A stretch of 64,000 nt of DNA, taken from Candidatus Marinacidobacterium sp. (GTDB taxonomy: Bacteria > Acidobacteriota > Vicinamibacteria > Marinacidobacterales > Marinacidobacteraceae). The notes below the pieces were generated by a model. That model was not told the origin of the DNA and ran no database searches. It was given only the letters and a program-made list of their open reading frames with translations. Positions 18,863 to 27,700 of this stretch are shown here, in pieces. The number at the start of each line of letters is the position of its first letter. Positions within the stretch are counted from its first letter, which is position 1. The DNA is taken from contig OZ242011.1 in the NCBI GenBank assembly GCA_965204755.1, positions 1,184,001 to 1,248,000 on the forward strand. The letters are read 5' to 3'. A program made the translations under genes and the position numbers.

Positions 18863-19357
18863 CTACCCGGCGAGACGCGCGTCCGGGAACGCGTCGGCTC
18901 CCGCCAGCGGCGACGACCGCGCGGGCGGCGCGCCGGGCGCCTGCCGCTCGGGACGCCGCAGGGTGATCTCCGGCATCGGCTCGAGATCTCCGGTCTCCCG
19001 GAGCAAGTCGAAGCCCGGAAGGCCCCCGTTCCGGATCTCCTGCCGCGCGGCGACCCGTTCGCCTTCGATCTCCTCGTTCGTGTCGAGCACGAACGCGGTG
19101 AACTCGGCTCGGAACTGCCGGATGTCCTCGGCCCACCCGGCGAAGTCGCGGACGGCGCCGCGGAACTCCCCGTAGGCCGCCGCCGGAGTGTCGCCGCACT
19201 CCGCGATCCCGGCCGGGTTCACGCCGGTCATCCGGACGGCGCCATCCTCCGGTCGGCAGGTGATCCTCCCGCGCAACCGGACGGTCGCGACAAAGCCGTC
19301 GCGCCTCTCGCCTCGCGCCTCCTCTTCCAGGTCGAAGTACAACGGGATCGCCCGCAT
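18863..19357 (-). CDS. HicB-like protein, paralog 3 (most diverged)
   Basis: PLYFD..GFVATVRLRGR..GVNPAGIAECGDTPAAAYGEFR; strong SD (ggaggagg) upstream. Confidence 0.6.
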   Translation of the reverse strand: MRAIPLYFDLEEEARGERRDGFVATVRLRGRITCRPEDGAVRMTGVNPAGIAECGDTPAAAYGEFRGAVRDFAGWAEDIRQFRAEFTAFVLDTNEEIEGERVAARQEIRNGGLPGFDLLRETGDLEPMPEITLRRPERQAPGAPPARSSPLAGADAFPDARLAG

Positions 19358-19393
19358 CGCCCTCCTCCTCGTCGGCTCGCGTCGAACGCCCGC

Positions 19394-19870
19394 TCAGGCA
19401 GCCAAGAACTCCTCCGCAACCGGGAGGACATTGATTCGCGGTTCCGGCCCCGACGCCGGGTCGAGGAGGTTGCGGATCTCCAATCCGGTGTCGAGTTCCG
19501 CGGTCTCCGCGCGAAGACCCGCTTCGGGAATCGGCCCGGCGCGAATCCGCCGCCGCGCCTCGACCCGCTCCTCGGTGCTGTCGTCGTCGGTCTCGGTCAG
19601 GAACGAGCGGACCTCCTCCCGAAACCGGTCGAAGTCGGACGCCTCTTCCGCGAAGTCGAAGAGGACCTCCATGACCGCGCGGCGGAAGTTCGCCCTCGCC
19701 GACTCCAGGTCGTCCCCGTTCTGCGCCAGACCGCCGGGATTCACGCCGTAGATCCAGTACGAACCGAACTCGGGCATCCCCGTGACGCGCCCGCGCATTC
19801 GGAGAACGGCGACGAAGCCGTCACCCTCCACCACGCCGAGAAGATCGAAATAGAGCGGCAACTTCTGCAT
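19394..19870 (-). CDS. HicB-like protein, paralog 2
   Basis: MQKLPLYFD..YWIYGVNPGGLAQNGDDLESARANFRRAVMEVLFD; 158 aa, same length as paralog 1. Confidence 0.65.
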   Translation of the reverse strand: MQKLPLYFDLLGVVEGDGFVAVLRMRGRVTGMPEFGSYWIYGVNPGGLAQNGDDLESARANFRRAVMEVLFDFAEEASDFDRFREEVRSFLTETDDDSTEERVEARRRIRAGPIPEAGLRAETAELDTGLEIRNLLDPASGPEPRINVLPVAEEFLAA

Positions 19871-19931
19871 CGGACGCCTTCTCCTCCGGCGCAAACCATA
19901 GCGAGGGGCGCCCGCTCTCGGGATGACCCGA

Positions 19932-20045
19932 CCCGGCCGCTCGGTCGGGCGGCGGCGGACTCACCCGGCTTCACGGCGGCTCCGGGATTCTTGGCCGAGG
20001 GGAAGCGCCGCGGCGTTCCTCTACCGCCTTTCCCCGTCAATCGGC
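19932..20045. repeat. Duplicated upstream region, copy A (upstream of HicB-like paralog 2)
   Basis: cggtcgggcgg..ggcttcacggcggctccgg..cttggccgaggggaagcg..ggcgtt..ttcccc aligns with ~20915-21027. Confidence 0.75.
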
Positions 20046-20102
20046 CGCGCAGGGAGCCATCCCCCGGAGGAGCCGGCGTCCTCGGTGGGCCCGGCCCTTG
20101 GA

Positions 20103-20348
20103 TCAGCGCGGTTGCGGAATCTGCTTCCGGGCTTCGTCGAGTTTCCCGAGCAAGCGGAACATGTGCTTGACATGACCGACTTCCAACTCGGGATTCGATG
20201 CTCCGTGTTTCCCCTTGGGGAGGAAAGCCGTCGCCCCGTCGAAGTGGATCGTCCACCGGTGCGGCCCCTCCACGCGCTCCCATCCCGGCAGGAGGGCGTC
20301 CATGTGCTTCCTCAAGGCCCTGAACCGAATCTGCCCGCGGGAGGCCAT
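20103..20348 (-). CDS. HicA-like (dsRBD-fold) toxin candidate
   Basis: 81 aa basic; L.PGWERVEGPHRW..LPKGKHG..PELEVGHVKHMFRLLG matches the HicA pattern GW..G.H..P.H..L..G. Confidence 0.6.
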   Translation of the reverse strand: MASRGQIRFRALRKHMDALLPGWERVEGPHRWTIHFDGATAFLPKGKHGASNPELEVGHVKHMFRLLGKLDEARKQIPQPR

Positions 20349-20369
20349 GCCCAGGCGCTCCCGCAGCGG

Positions 20370-20846
20370 TCAGGCGGCGAGCCGCTCTTGCGAAACGGGA
20401 AATTCGTTGATCGGCAGCAACCCGGCCATCTTGCGGTCGAGGATGTTCCGGATCGTCAGGAGCGGGTCGAGTTCAGCGGTCTCGGGGCGCAGACCCACAT
20501 CGGGAACCGGACCGGCCTGGATTTTCCGCCGAGCCTCGTTCCACTCCTCGACGAGGTCATCGTTCGTCCCGTTCAGGAAGGCGCGCGCCGCCTCTTCGAA
20601 CTCGGCGAAATCGGATGCCCGGTCGGCCAAGTCGTAGAAGACTTCGACGACGCCCCGGCGGAAGTTGGCGTACGCCGACTTCAAGTCGTCGCCGTTTTCG
20701 GCCAGTCCACCCGGATTGACGCCGTAGATCCAGTACGAGCCGAACTCCGGCATGCCGGTGGCGCGCCCGCGAATGCGGATCGCGGCGACGAAGCCCCGGC
20801 CCTCCACGAACGCCCGGAAGTCGAAATACAGGGGAAGATGCTGCAT
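20370..20846 (-). CDS. HicB-like protein, paralog 1
   Basis: MQHLPLYFD..YWIYGVNPGGLAENGDDLKSAYANFRRGVVEVFYD; lies directly upstream of the HicA-like gene; TAGAAT upstream. Confidence 0.65.
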   Translation of the reverse strand: MQHLPLYFDFRAFVEGRGFVAAIRIRGRATGMPEFGSYWIYGVNPGGLAENGDDLKSAYANFRRGVVEVFYDLADRASDFAEFEEAARAFLNGTNDDLVEEWNEARRKIQAGPVPDVGLRPETAELDPLLTIRNILDRKMAGLLPINEFPVSQERLAA

Positions 20847-20914
20847 CGGTGTCACCGTCCGGGCGAGCGATTCTAGCCCCCGGCGGGGGGCGGAGCGCGC
20901 CGGAGGGAGATCTA

Positions 20915-21027
20915 CCCGGAGGCCCGGTCGGGCGGGAGTGGAGTCGTTAGGCTTCGCGGCGGCTCCGCGACACTTGGCCGAGGGGAGGCGCGGCGGCGTT
21001 TCCCCCTTCCGTTCCCCGGCAGTCGGC
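20915..21027. repeat. Duplicated upstream region, copy B (upstream of HicB-like paralog 1)
   Basis: Similar to 19932-20045. Confidence 0.75.
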
Positions 21028-21110
21028 GCCCCGTTGCGGCCCCCGAGACCCTTCGGGCGGGCCGGCGGCGTCCGCGCCGTTTCCCGCTTCCTCCCCTGAC
21101 CCCCACGGAC

Positions 21111-22493
21111 ATGACCACCGAACGACCCGGCAACGGCCCCGCGCCCGCCGGCGGGGCGGACGAGTTCGGGTTCGCGACGCGGGCGGTGCATGCCGGGGCG
21201 CGGCCGGAGCCCTACACCGGGGCGCGGGCGGTGCCGATCTTCCAAACGACGAGTTATGTCTTCGAGGATCCCGACGCCGCGGCCGCCTACTTCAACCTGC
21301 AGGAATACGGCAACACCTACTCGCGGATCATGAACCCGACGGTGGCCGCGTTCGAGGAGCGGGTGGCCAGCCTCGAAGGGGCGATCGGGGCCGTCGCCTT
21401 CTCGTCCGGTCTCGCGGCGCAAGCGGCGGCGCTGTTCACCATCCTGCGACCCGGCGACCACCTGGTGGCGTCGCGGGCGCTCTACGGCGGCACGCTCACC
21501 CAACTGCGGCACCTGGAGCGGAAACTGGGGTTCTCGGTCACCTTCGTGGATCCGGACGATCCCGAGAACTTCCGCAACGCGGTCCGCGAAGAGACGCGGC
21601 TGCTGTTCGGCGAGACCATCGGGAACCCCGGCGGCAATGTGCTGGACCTCGAACGGGTGGCCGCCGTCGCCCGGGAGCGCGGGATTCCGCTGATGGTGGA
21701 CTCCACCTTCGCGACGCCCTACCTCTGCCGCCCGCTGGAGTGGGGCGCGGACCTCGTCGTCCACTCCGCCACCAAGTTCATCGGCGGCCACGGCACCAGC
21801 ATCGGCGGCGTGGTGGCGGAGTCGGGGCGGTTCGACTGGGCGAACGGCAAGTTCCCGAGCGTCGCGGAACCGTCGCCGGCGTACCACGGACTGGCCTTCC
21901 CCGCGACTTTCGGCGAGTACGGGTTCTCGATGAAACTGCGGGCGGAGACGCTGCGCGACCTCGGCGCGGCGATGTCGCCGTTCAACGCCTTCCTGTTCCT
22001 CCAGGGGCTCGAGACCCTCCCGCTGCGAATGGAGCGGCATACGGCGAACGCGCTCCGGGTGGCGGAGTTCCTCGCCGGGCGGCCCGAAGTCGCTTCCGTC
22101 GCGCACCCCGGGCTCGCTTCGAGCCGCTACGCGCCGCTCGTCCGGAAGTACCTGCCGAAGGGGGCGGGCTCGGTGTTCTCCTTCGACCTCCGGGGCGGGC
22201 GCGCCGCCGGGCGGCGGTTCATCGGCGGGCTGTCGCTGTTCTCCCACCTCGCCAATGTGGGGGACGCCAAGAGCCTGGTGATCCATCCGGCGAGCACCAC
22301 GCACCGGCAGTTGACCGGGGAGGAACTCGCCGGCGCCGGCATCTCGCCGGGGACGATCCGGCTCTCGGTGGGGATCGAGGACGCGGACGACCTGCTGCGG
22401 GACCTCGACGCCGGCCTCCGCGCCGCCGAAGACGAGAATGCGCCGGAGCAGCCGACCGCGCCGCCGGAAGAAGGAGCCGCATGTCCGACCTGA
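21111..22493 (+). CDS. metY: O-acetylhomoserine aminocarboxypropyltransferase (sulfhydrylase)
   Basis: PIFQTTSY, YSRIMNPT, HSATKFIGGHG (PLP lysine), LANVGDAKSLVIHPASTTH. Confidence 0.96.
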   Translation: MTTERPGNGPAPAGGADEFGFATRAVHAGARPEPYTGARAVPIFQTTSYVFEDPDAAAAYFNLQEYGNTYSRIMNPTVAAFEERVASLEGAIGAVAFSSGLAAQAAALFTILRPGDHLVASRALYGGTLTQLRHLERKLGFSVTFVDPDDPENFRNAVREETRLLFGETIGNPGGNVLDLERVAAVARERGIPLMVDSTFATPYLCRPLEWGADLVVHSATKFIGGHGTSIGGVVAESGRFDWANGKFPSVAEPSPAYHGLAFPATFGEYGFSMKLRAETLRDLGAAMSPFNAFLFLQGLETLPLRMERHTANALRVAEFLAGRPEVASVAHPGLASSRYAPLVRKYLPKGAGSVFSFDLRGGRAAGRRFIGGLSLFSHLANVGDAKSLVIHPASTTHRQLTGEELAGAGISPGTIRLSVGIEDADDLLRDLDAGLRAAEDENAPEQPTAPPEEGAACPT

Positions 22494-23026
22494 TGTCCGA
22501 CCTGACGCCCGCCGCCGCATCCTCGGAAGTCGCCTGTGAACTGCCTCCCCCGGCGGCGGCCCCCTCCCGGTGGCAGTCGCCGGAGCGCATCCGCCGGCTG
22601 CTCGCCGGGGCGAAGACGGTGGCGGTGGTGGGGCTCTCCCCGAAGGAACTCCGGGGGAGTTACTTCGTCGCCTTCTACCTGCAGCGGAACGGGTACCGGA
22701 TCGTCCCGGTGAACCCGCGCGCCGAGGTGATCCTGGGCGAGCGCTGCCACCCCTCGGTGGCGGCGATCCCGGAACCGGTGGACCTGGCGTGCGTGTTCCG
22801 GGCGCCCGCCGCGGTTCCGGGCGTCGTCGAGGAGTGCGCCGGGAAGACGCGCGGCCTCTGGCTGCAGTACGGCGTCGTCCACGAAGAGGCGGCGGAGCGG
22901 GCCGAGGCGCTGGGCATGGAAGTCGTCATGGACCGGTGCATGAAGGTCGAGCACGCCCGGCACTTCGGCCGGCTCCACTGGCTCGGTTTCGCCACCCGGC
23001 GGATCGTCGCCACCCGGGGCGGTTAG
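22481..23026 (+). CDS. CoA-binding protein (YccU-like)
   Basis: VAVVGLS, YLQRNGY..PVNP, WLQYGV, VMDRCMKVEH; SD aaggag before ATG 22481. Confidence 0.92.
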   Translation: MSDLMSDLTPAAASSEVACELPPPAAAPSRWQSPERIRRLLAGAKTVAVVGLSPKELRGSYFVAFYLQRNGYRIVPVNPRAEVILGERCHPSVAAIPEPVDLACVFRAPAAVPGVVEECAGKTRGLWLQYGVVHEEAAERAEALGMEVVMDRCMKVEHARHFGRLHWLGFATRRIVATRGG

Positions 23027-23249
23027 AGCCGCCCGTGGAGAAAGTCCGGAGAGCCCCTGTCGGCGCGAAGCGCCGACCGGGGAGGGGTGCGGGGAGGGGG
23101 TGTCCCCCTCCCCGCGATAGGTGGCGGGGGCAGTCGCGCAGCGATTCGCGCCGCCGGCCCGTGGGAAGAGCGCTCCGCCCGGAAACCCGACGGGGACTGG
23201 GCGTCCTCCGGTCGAGGAGCCGAGAGCGGAGCGCTCTTTCCACGGGCGG
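23027..23249. mobile_element. MITE copy 1 (~223 bp)
   Basis: Terminal IR ccgcccgtgga...tccacgggcgg; flanked by TTAG on both sides (23023-26, 23250-53); near-identical to 32847-33070. Confidence 0.85.
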
Positions 23250-23258
23250 TTAGCCGGC

Positions 23259-23873
23259 GTGGGCCGCCGCCCGGGGCCGGCGGCGGGCAACACCGTCCTC
23301 CGGCAGTTCTTCGCCCGGCCCCGCGAAGTCGGGGCGGTCCGGGCGAGTTCGCCGGCGCTCGGGCGGGCCATCGTCCGGGCGGTGGAGTGGCCGACCGAGG
23401 GGGCGGTGGTGGAGGCCGGCGCCGGCGACGGCGCGATCACCGAGGTGCTGGCGCGGGAGAAGCCCGAAGACATGCGCCTGATGGCGGTGGAGTTGAACCC
23501 GGTGTGCGCGGAGGCGCTGCGGCGGCGGTTGCCGGAGGTGCACCTGGTGGTGGACGACCTGGCGCGGCTGCCGGAGATCTGCGCCGCGGAGAGCGTCCCC
23601 CGGCCCAAGGTGGTCGTGGCCACCCTGCCCTGGTCGGTGCTCACCCGGGAGCGGCAGGAAGCGGCGCTCGACGGGGTGTGCCGGAGCCTGCCGCCGGGCG
23701 GCCAGTTCGTGTTCTTCGTCTATCTGCACGCCGTCCCGTTCTGGCGCCGCACCGGGTTCGCCCGCTCCATCCGGAAGCGGTTCGGCGTCGTGGAGCGCAC
23801 CGAGACGGTGTGGCGGAATGTTCCTCCGGCTGCGGTCTATGCCTGCCGCGCCCCGCGCCGGGAAGCGGCCTGA
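23259..23873 (+). CDS. Class I SAM methyltransferase (PmtA-like phospholipid N-methyltransferase)
   Basis: VGAVRASSPAL, VVEAGAGDGAIT, LPW, VWRNVPPA. The track start at 23121 lies inside the MITE, so GTG 23259 is preferred. Confidence 0.85.
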   Translation: MGRRPGPAAGNTVLRQFFARPREVGAVRASSPALGRAIVRAVEWPTEGAVVEAGAGDGAITEVLAREKPEDMRLMAVELNPVCAEALRRRLPEVHLVVDDLARLPEICAAESVPRPKVVVATLPWSVLTRERQEAALDGVCRSLPPGGQFVFFVYLHAVPFWRRTGFARSIRKRFGVVERTETVWRNVPPAAVYACRAPRREAA

Positions 23874-23928
23874 CCACCGTGGCCGCCGACTGCGACCCGT
23901 CCACGAAAGCGGGGCAACCTCACCGGCC

Positions 23929-24045
23929 GAATCGTGTATAGGTGACGCGAATTGTGTATAGCTGGACTGAATTGTGTATAGCTCAGCCCGAATTGTGTAT
24001 AGCTGAGCGGAATTGTGTATAGCTGCGCCGGGAATTGTGTATAGC
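23929..24045. repeat. Phased direct-repeat array 1: six GAATTGTGTATAG cores, period 20-22 bp
   Basis: Read directly; the first unit is GAATCGTGTATAG. Confidence 0.95.
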
Positions 24046-24235
24046 CGGGCCGCCGGCGCCCGCCGCGGCGCGGATGCGCGGCGGAGCGGCCCGCGCCGGG
24101 ACGCGCCGGCGACCGGATCGGGCCTTCCCGGGGCGCTCCCGACCGGTGTTCGCAGGGCCGGGGGGGCGGAACGGGTGGAGCGCCGGGCTGCCGGAGGGCG
24201 GGCCGGCCCGCGCCCGGATCGGGCGGGAATACGCC

Positions 24236-24354
24236 GAATTGTGTATAGGTGAGCCCGAATTGTGTATAGCTCAGCCCGAATTGTGTATAGCTGACGCGAA
24301 TTGTGTATAGCTGAGCGGAATTGTGTATAGCTGAGCGGAATTGTGTATAGCTGA
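24236..24354. repeat. Phased direct-repeat array 2: six GAATTGTGTATAG cores, period 20-21 bp
   Basis: Read directly; same orientation as array 1, separated from it by ~190 bp of very GC-rich DNA. Confidence 0.95.
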
Positions 24355-24414
24355 GGCGGATCGGGCCGAGCCGCGCGGCGCCGTGGAGGCGGCGGGCGGT
24401 TTCCCCGCCCGCCC

Positions 24415-26040
24415 TCACCGCGGCGGGAAGCGGCGGGGGAGCGCGGCGGCCTGCTCGAACGCGTAGGCGAACCGGAGGAGCGCCAGGTCGCCGCGCCAGC
24501 CGCCGACGGAGGGCCCGACTAGTTGGAGCCCGACGGGGAGGTCGTCCTCGGTCCTTCCGAAGGGGACGGAGACCGCCGGGCAGCCGAGCAGCGAGACCAG
24601 CCAGCACGAGGCCATCCACTCGATGTAGGAGCCCATCGGGACGCCGGCGATCTCCCGCACCCACTCGACCTCCGCGTCGAACGGCGGGACCTGGCTGACC
24701 GGGAGCGCGAGGAACCGGTAGCCGGCGAAGAAGCGGCGGGCCCGCTCCCGCAGCGCTTCCCGGCCGCGGCGGGCTTCGGCGAGGCGGGCGGGGGTGAGCC
24801 GGGCGCCCTCTTCGATGTTCCCGACGACCGTGTCCTTCAGCCGGCCGGGGTGGCGGCGGAGCAGGCGCCCGAACCTCCGGTGGAAGTACCAGGCGCGCAG
24901 GTCCCGGAAGACCTCGGCGCCGCCCGTCAGGTCCGGCGCGGCGTCCTCCACCTCGCAGCCGGGCAGGCCGGAGAGCGCCGCCCGCGCCGGGGCGAGCGCG
25001 GCGGTCACCGCCGGATCGAACGGGAGACCGGCGAAGTCCGGGCTCCAGGCCACGCGGACCCCGCGGAAGTCCCGCTCGAGCGGGCCGCGGAACGCCTCGC
25101 CCGGGGCGTCGAAGGAGAGCGGCGCGCGGTCGTCCCGGCCGACCAGCGCGCCGAGCATGAGCGCCGCGTCGGAGACCGTGCGCGCCATCGGCCCTTCCAC
25201 CGGGATCGGGAAGTCCGGGGTCTCGTTCGGCCAGACCGGGACGAGCCCGGGCGAGGGGCGGAAGCCGACCACGCCGCAGAAACTCGCCGGGTTCCGCAGC
25301 GAACCGCCGAAGTCGCTGCCGTCGGCGAGCGGGACCATCCCCGAGGCCAGCGCCGCCGCCGCGCCGCCGCTCGACCCGCCCGGCGTCTTCGCCGGATCCC
25401 AGGGGTTGCGCGTCCGCCCGAAGACCTCGTTGAAGGTCTGCGAGCCGGCGCCGAACTCCGGGGTGTTGGTCTTGCCGAGGGTGATCGCCCCGGCGGCCCG
25501 CAGCCGCTCGACGATCAGCCCGTCGCGCTTCGGGACGAAGGACTCGTAGATGCGGGAGCCGAAGGTGGTGCGGATCCCCGCGGTGGGGACCAGGTCCTTG
25601 TGGGCGACCGGGAGCCCGTGGAGCGGCCCCGCCGGCGCCCCGGCGGCGAGCGCCCGGTCCGCCGCCTTCGCCCGTTCGCGGGCGGCGTCCGCCGTCAGGG
25701 TCACCACGGCGTTCACCCGCGGGTTCACCGCCTCGATGCGCTCCAGGTGGGCGTCCACCACCTCGACGGCGGAGACCGCGCGCCGCCGGAGGAGCGCCGC
25801 CAGTTCGACGGCGGAGCGCTCGACGAGCGAGTCAGGCCTCCCCGCCGCCCGGCCCGGGAGCGGCGGCGGCGTCCTCGACCCGGCGGAGCAGCGGGTTGAG
25901 CCCCTCCTTCCCGGAGTCGAGCCAGAGCGCCCGGCGCCCGGCTTCCCGGAGCGCCCGGTAGTCGGCGGCGGCGAGCAGCCGGGAGATCTCCCCGCAGCCG
26001 CGCCGCCGGGCGCCCCGGCGGGACGGCGGAACGCGGACAT
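24415..26040 (-). CDS. Amidase signature family protein
   Basis: GPLHGLPVAHKD, GKTNTPEF, GGSSGG, GSDFGGSLRNPA. Homology begins near 25830; the start codon is uncertain because the ATG at 26040 overlaps pgi. Confidence 0.92.
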   Translation of the reverse strand: MSAFRRPAGAPGGAAAGRSPGCSPPPTTGRSGKPGAGRSGSTPGRRGSTRCSAGSRTPPPLPGRAAGRPDSLVERSAVELAALLRRRAVSAVEVVDAHLERIEAVNPRVNAVVTLTADAARERAKAADRALAAGAPAGPLHGLPVAHKDLVPTAGIRTTFGSRIYESFVPKRDGLIVERLRAAGAITLGKTNTPEFGAGSQTFNEVFGRTRNPWDPAKTPGGSSGGAAAALASGMVPLADGSDFGGSLRNPASFCGVVGFRPSPGLVPVWPNETPDFPIPVEGPMARTVSDAALMLGALVGRDDRAPLSFDAPGEAFRGPLERDFRGVRVAWSPDFAGLPFDPAVTAALAPARAALSGLPGCEVEDAAPDLTGGAEVFRDLRAWYFHRRFGRLLRRHPGRLKDTVVGNIEEGARLTPARLAEARRGREALRERARRFFAGYRFLALPVSQVPPFDAEVEWVREIAGVPMGSYIEWMASCWLVSLLGCPAVSVPFGRTEDDLPVGLQLVGPSVGGWRGDLALLRFAYAFEQAAALPRRFPPR

Positions 26041-27544
26041 CCCGCTTGCCGCTCCAGGTGAGCATGAGGACCGACAGGTCGGGCGGGCCGCCCTTCTCCA
26101 ACTGCCCGAGGGTGTGGAGCAGCCCCGGGCCGAACGCGACGGCGGGAACGGCGCCGAGCGCCGCCGCCAGCCGGCGCTGCAGCCGGGCGAGGGCCTCGAC
26201 GGCGGCCGGGCTCCGGTGGCCGAAGCAGTTGATCGCCAGCCCGCCCCGCGCCGCGCCCCGGAGGAACTCGCCGAGGTCCGACTCCGGCGGCGGAGGCTCC
26301 GGCGCCGCCGAGTCTTCCGCGAGCAGCCGGCGCGCGAGCGCCTTCGAGCCGTCTATGTCGGGCTGGCCGAAGGGGTCCACCCCGATCCGCCAGGCGAACA
26401 CCGCCACCGCCACCTGCCAGCGGAACAGTTCGCCGAGCGCCTCCTCGCGCGGCGTGGGGCAGCGGATGACCGGGATCCCGGCGGCGGCGGCCTCGGCGAG
26501 CCGGACTTCGTCGGCCTCGTCGGCGGGCCCCAGGTGGAGGAGCACCGGCCGGACGCCGGACTCCCCGCCGGGATCCCCGCCCGGATCCCGAGGCCGGGGC
26601 CGGGGGTGGGGCGGGAGGATCACCGGCAGCAGGCCCTTCCCTTCCTTGCCGGCGCTCTCGGCGAAGAGTTGTTCCAGCCAGGGGAGCAGCGCCTCCCGGT
26701 CGGGCGCCGCCGTCAGGTGGATTTGCCGGCGCCCGGCGTCGTGGAGGACCGCCAGGAGAGCGCCCAGCCCGACGCCGGGGTCCTCCGGCGGCTCGGGCCC
26801 TTCGAACTCGCGGTCGAGCGTCTTCCGATGCCGCAGCGCCGAGGGGATCGAGCCCTCGATCTCGCGCGCGGCGAGCGCCGCCGGGAGCAGGCCGTAGGGG
26901 CCGAGCGCCGAGAACCGCCCGCCCACATCGGAGCGGCCCTCGTAAGCCGCGCCCCAGGCGTCGCGGCGGGCGCGGGCGAGCAGCGGCGAGCCCGGGTCGC
27001 TGACCGCCAGCAACTGGCGGGACGATCCGGCTTCCCGCTCCACCGCCTGCTCGATGACCGCTCGGAGCGCGGTGGTCTCGACGGTCTCCCCCGACTTGGA
27101 CGCGATGAGGTACGCGGTCTCGCGCACCCGCCGGGGGGCGATCGCCGAGCGGACCGCCTCCGGCGCGAGGGTGTCGAGGACCCGTACCGCGAGGGGCGGA
27201 TCGATGGAGACGAACTCCTGCGGAGGCAGCGCGGAAACCAGGGTGGCGGCGCCGAGCGCGGAGCCGCCCATGCCGACCGCCACCACCCGCCGGATGCCGT
27301 CGCGGTGGAGGTCGCCGCGTAGGGCGCTGCCCTCGAGCCGCCAGTCCCGCGCCTCGAACGGCAGGTCCACCCAACCGAGTCGGGGCGCGGTGGAGCGGTC
27401 GGCGGTGCTGCCGAGCGACGCCGGCGGCATCCGCTTCGCCCAGAGCGCCCGCGCGCCGAGCCGGGCCTTCGCCAGGGACGCGTCGTCCACCCCGGAGACG
27501 ACCGGGCTCGCCCGGCCGGCGTCGGCGGGCGCGGAGCGGGGCAT
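25832..27544 (-). CDS. pgi: Glucose-6-phosphate isomerase (Tal-Pgi-type PGI domain)
   Basis: GMGGSALG, ASKSGETVET, VGGRFSAL, EQLFAESAGK, GQLEKGGP. Confidence 0.85.
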   Translation of the reverse strand: MPRSAPADAGRASPVVSGVDDASLAKARLGARALWAKRMPPASLGSTADRSTAPRLGWVDLPFEARDWRLEGSALRGDLHRDGIRRVVAVGMGGSALGAATLVSALPPQEFVSIDPPLAVRVLDTLAPEAVRSAIAPRRVRETAYLIASKSGETVETTALRAVIEQAVEREAGSSRQLLAVSDPGSPLLARARRDAWGAAYEGRSDVGGRFSALGPYGLLPAALAAREIEGSIPSALRHRKTLDREFEGPEPPEDPGVGLGALLAVLHDAGRRQIHLTAAPDREALLPWLEQLFAESAGKEGKGLLPVILPPHPRPRPRDPGGDPGGESGVRPVLLHLGPADEADEVRLAEAAAAGIPVIRCPTPREEALGELFRWQVAVAVFAWRIGVDPFGQPDIDGSKALARRLLAEDSAAPEPPPPESDLGEFLRGAARGGLAINCFGHRSPAAVEALARLQRRLAAALGAVPAVAFGPGLLHTLGQLEKGGPPDLSVLMLTWSGKRDVRVPPSRRGARRRGCGEISRLLAAADYRALREAGRRALWLDSGKEGLNPLLRRVEDAAAAPGPGGGEA

Positions 27545-27700
27545 GGCGGGGCGAATGTTCCGACGAAGGGGCCCCTCGGGTCGCCGGGGGGAGCCGAGGG
27601 CGGGGGGCCGGGCGGCGGGGACGCGCCCGGCGCGGATACCATCCCGCGCGGCACTCCTCCGGAGCGTTCGCGCCACCGTCCGGGAGTCGGGAGATTACCA

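Noticed and set aside
20860-21110. SAM riboswitch upstream of metY
   Set aside because: No SAM-I core motifs found; the region is instead a duplicate of the sequence upstream of HicB-like paralog 2.
24000-24350. lac-operator-like words (GAGCGG, AATTGTG) suggesting vector contamination
   Set aside because: The order is permuted, there is no full lacO and no other vector sequence.
23929-24354. CRISPR array or oriC
   Set aside because: Linkers are only 7-9 nt and recur, and no cas genes are present. There is no AT-rich unwinding element and no dnaA/dnaN nearby.
23837-24664. ORF with SYTQFG repeats
   Set aside because: Unit lengths of 20-22 bp shift the frame between copies and the ORF overlaps the amidase; the repeat is better explained at DNA level.
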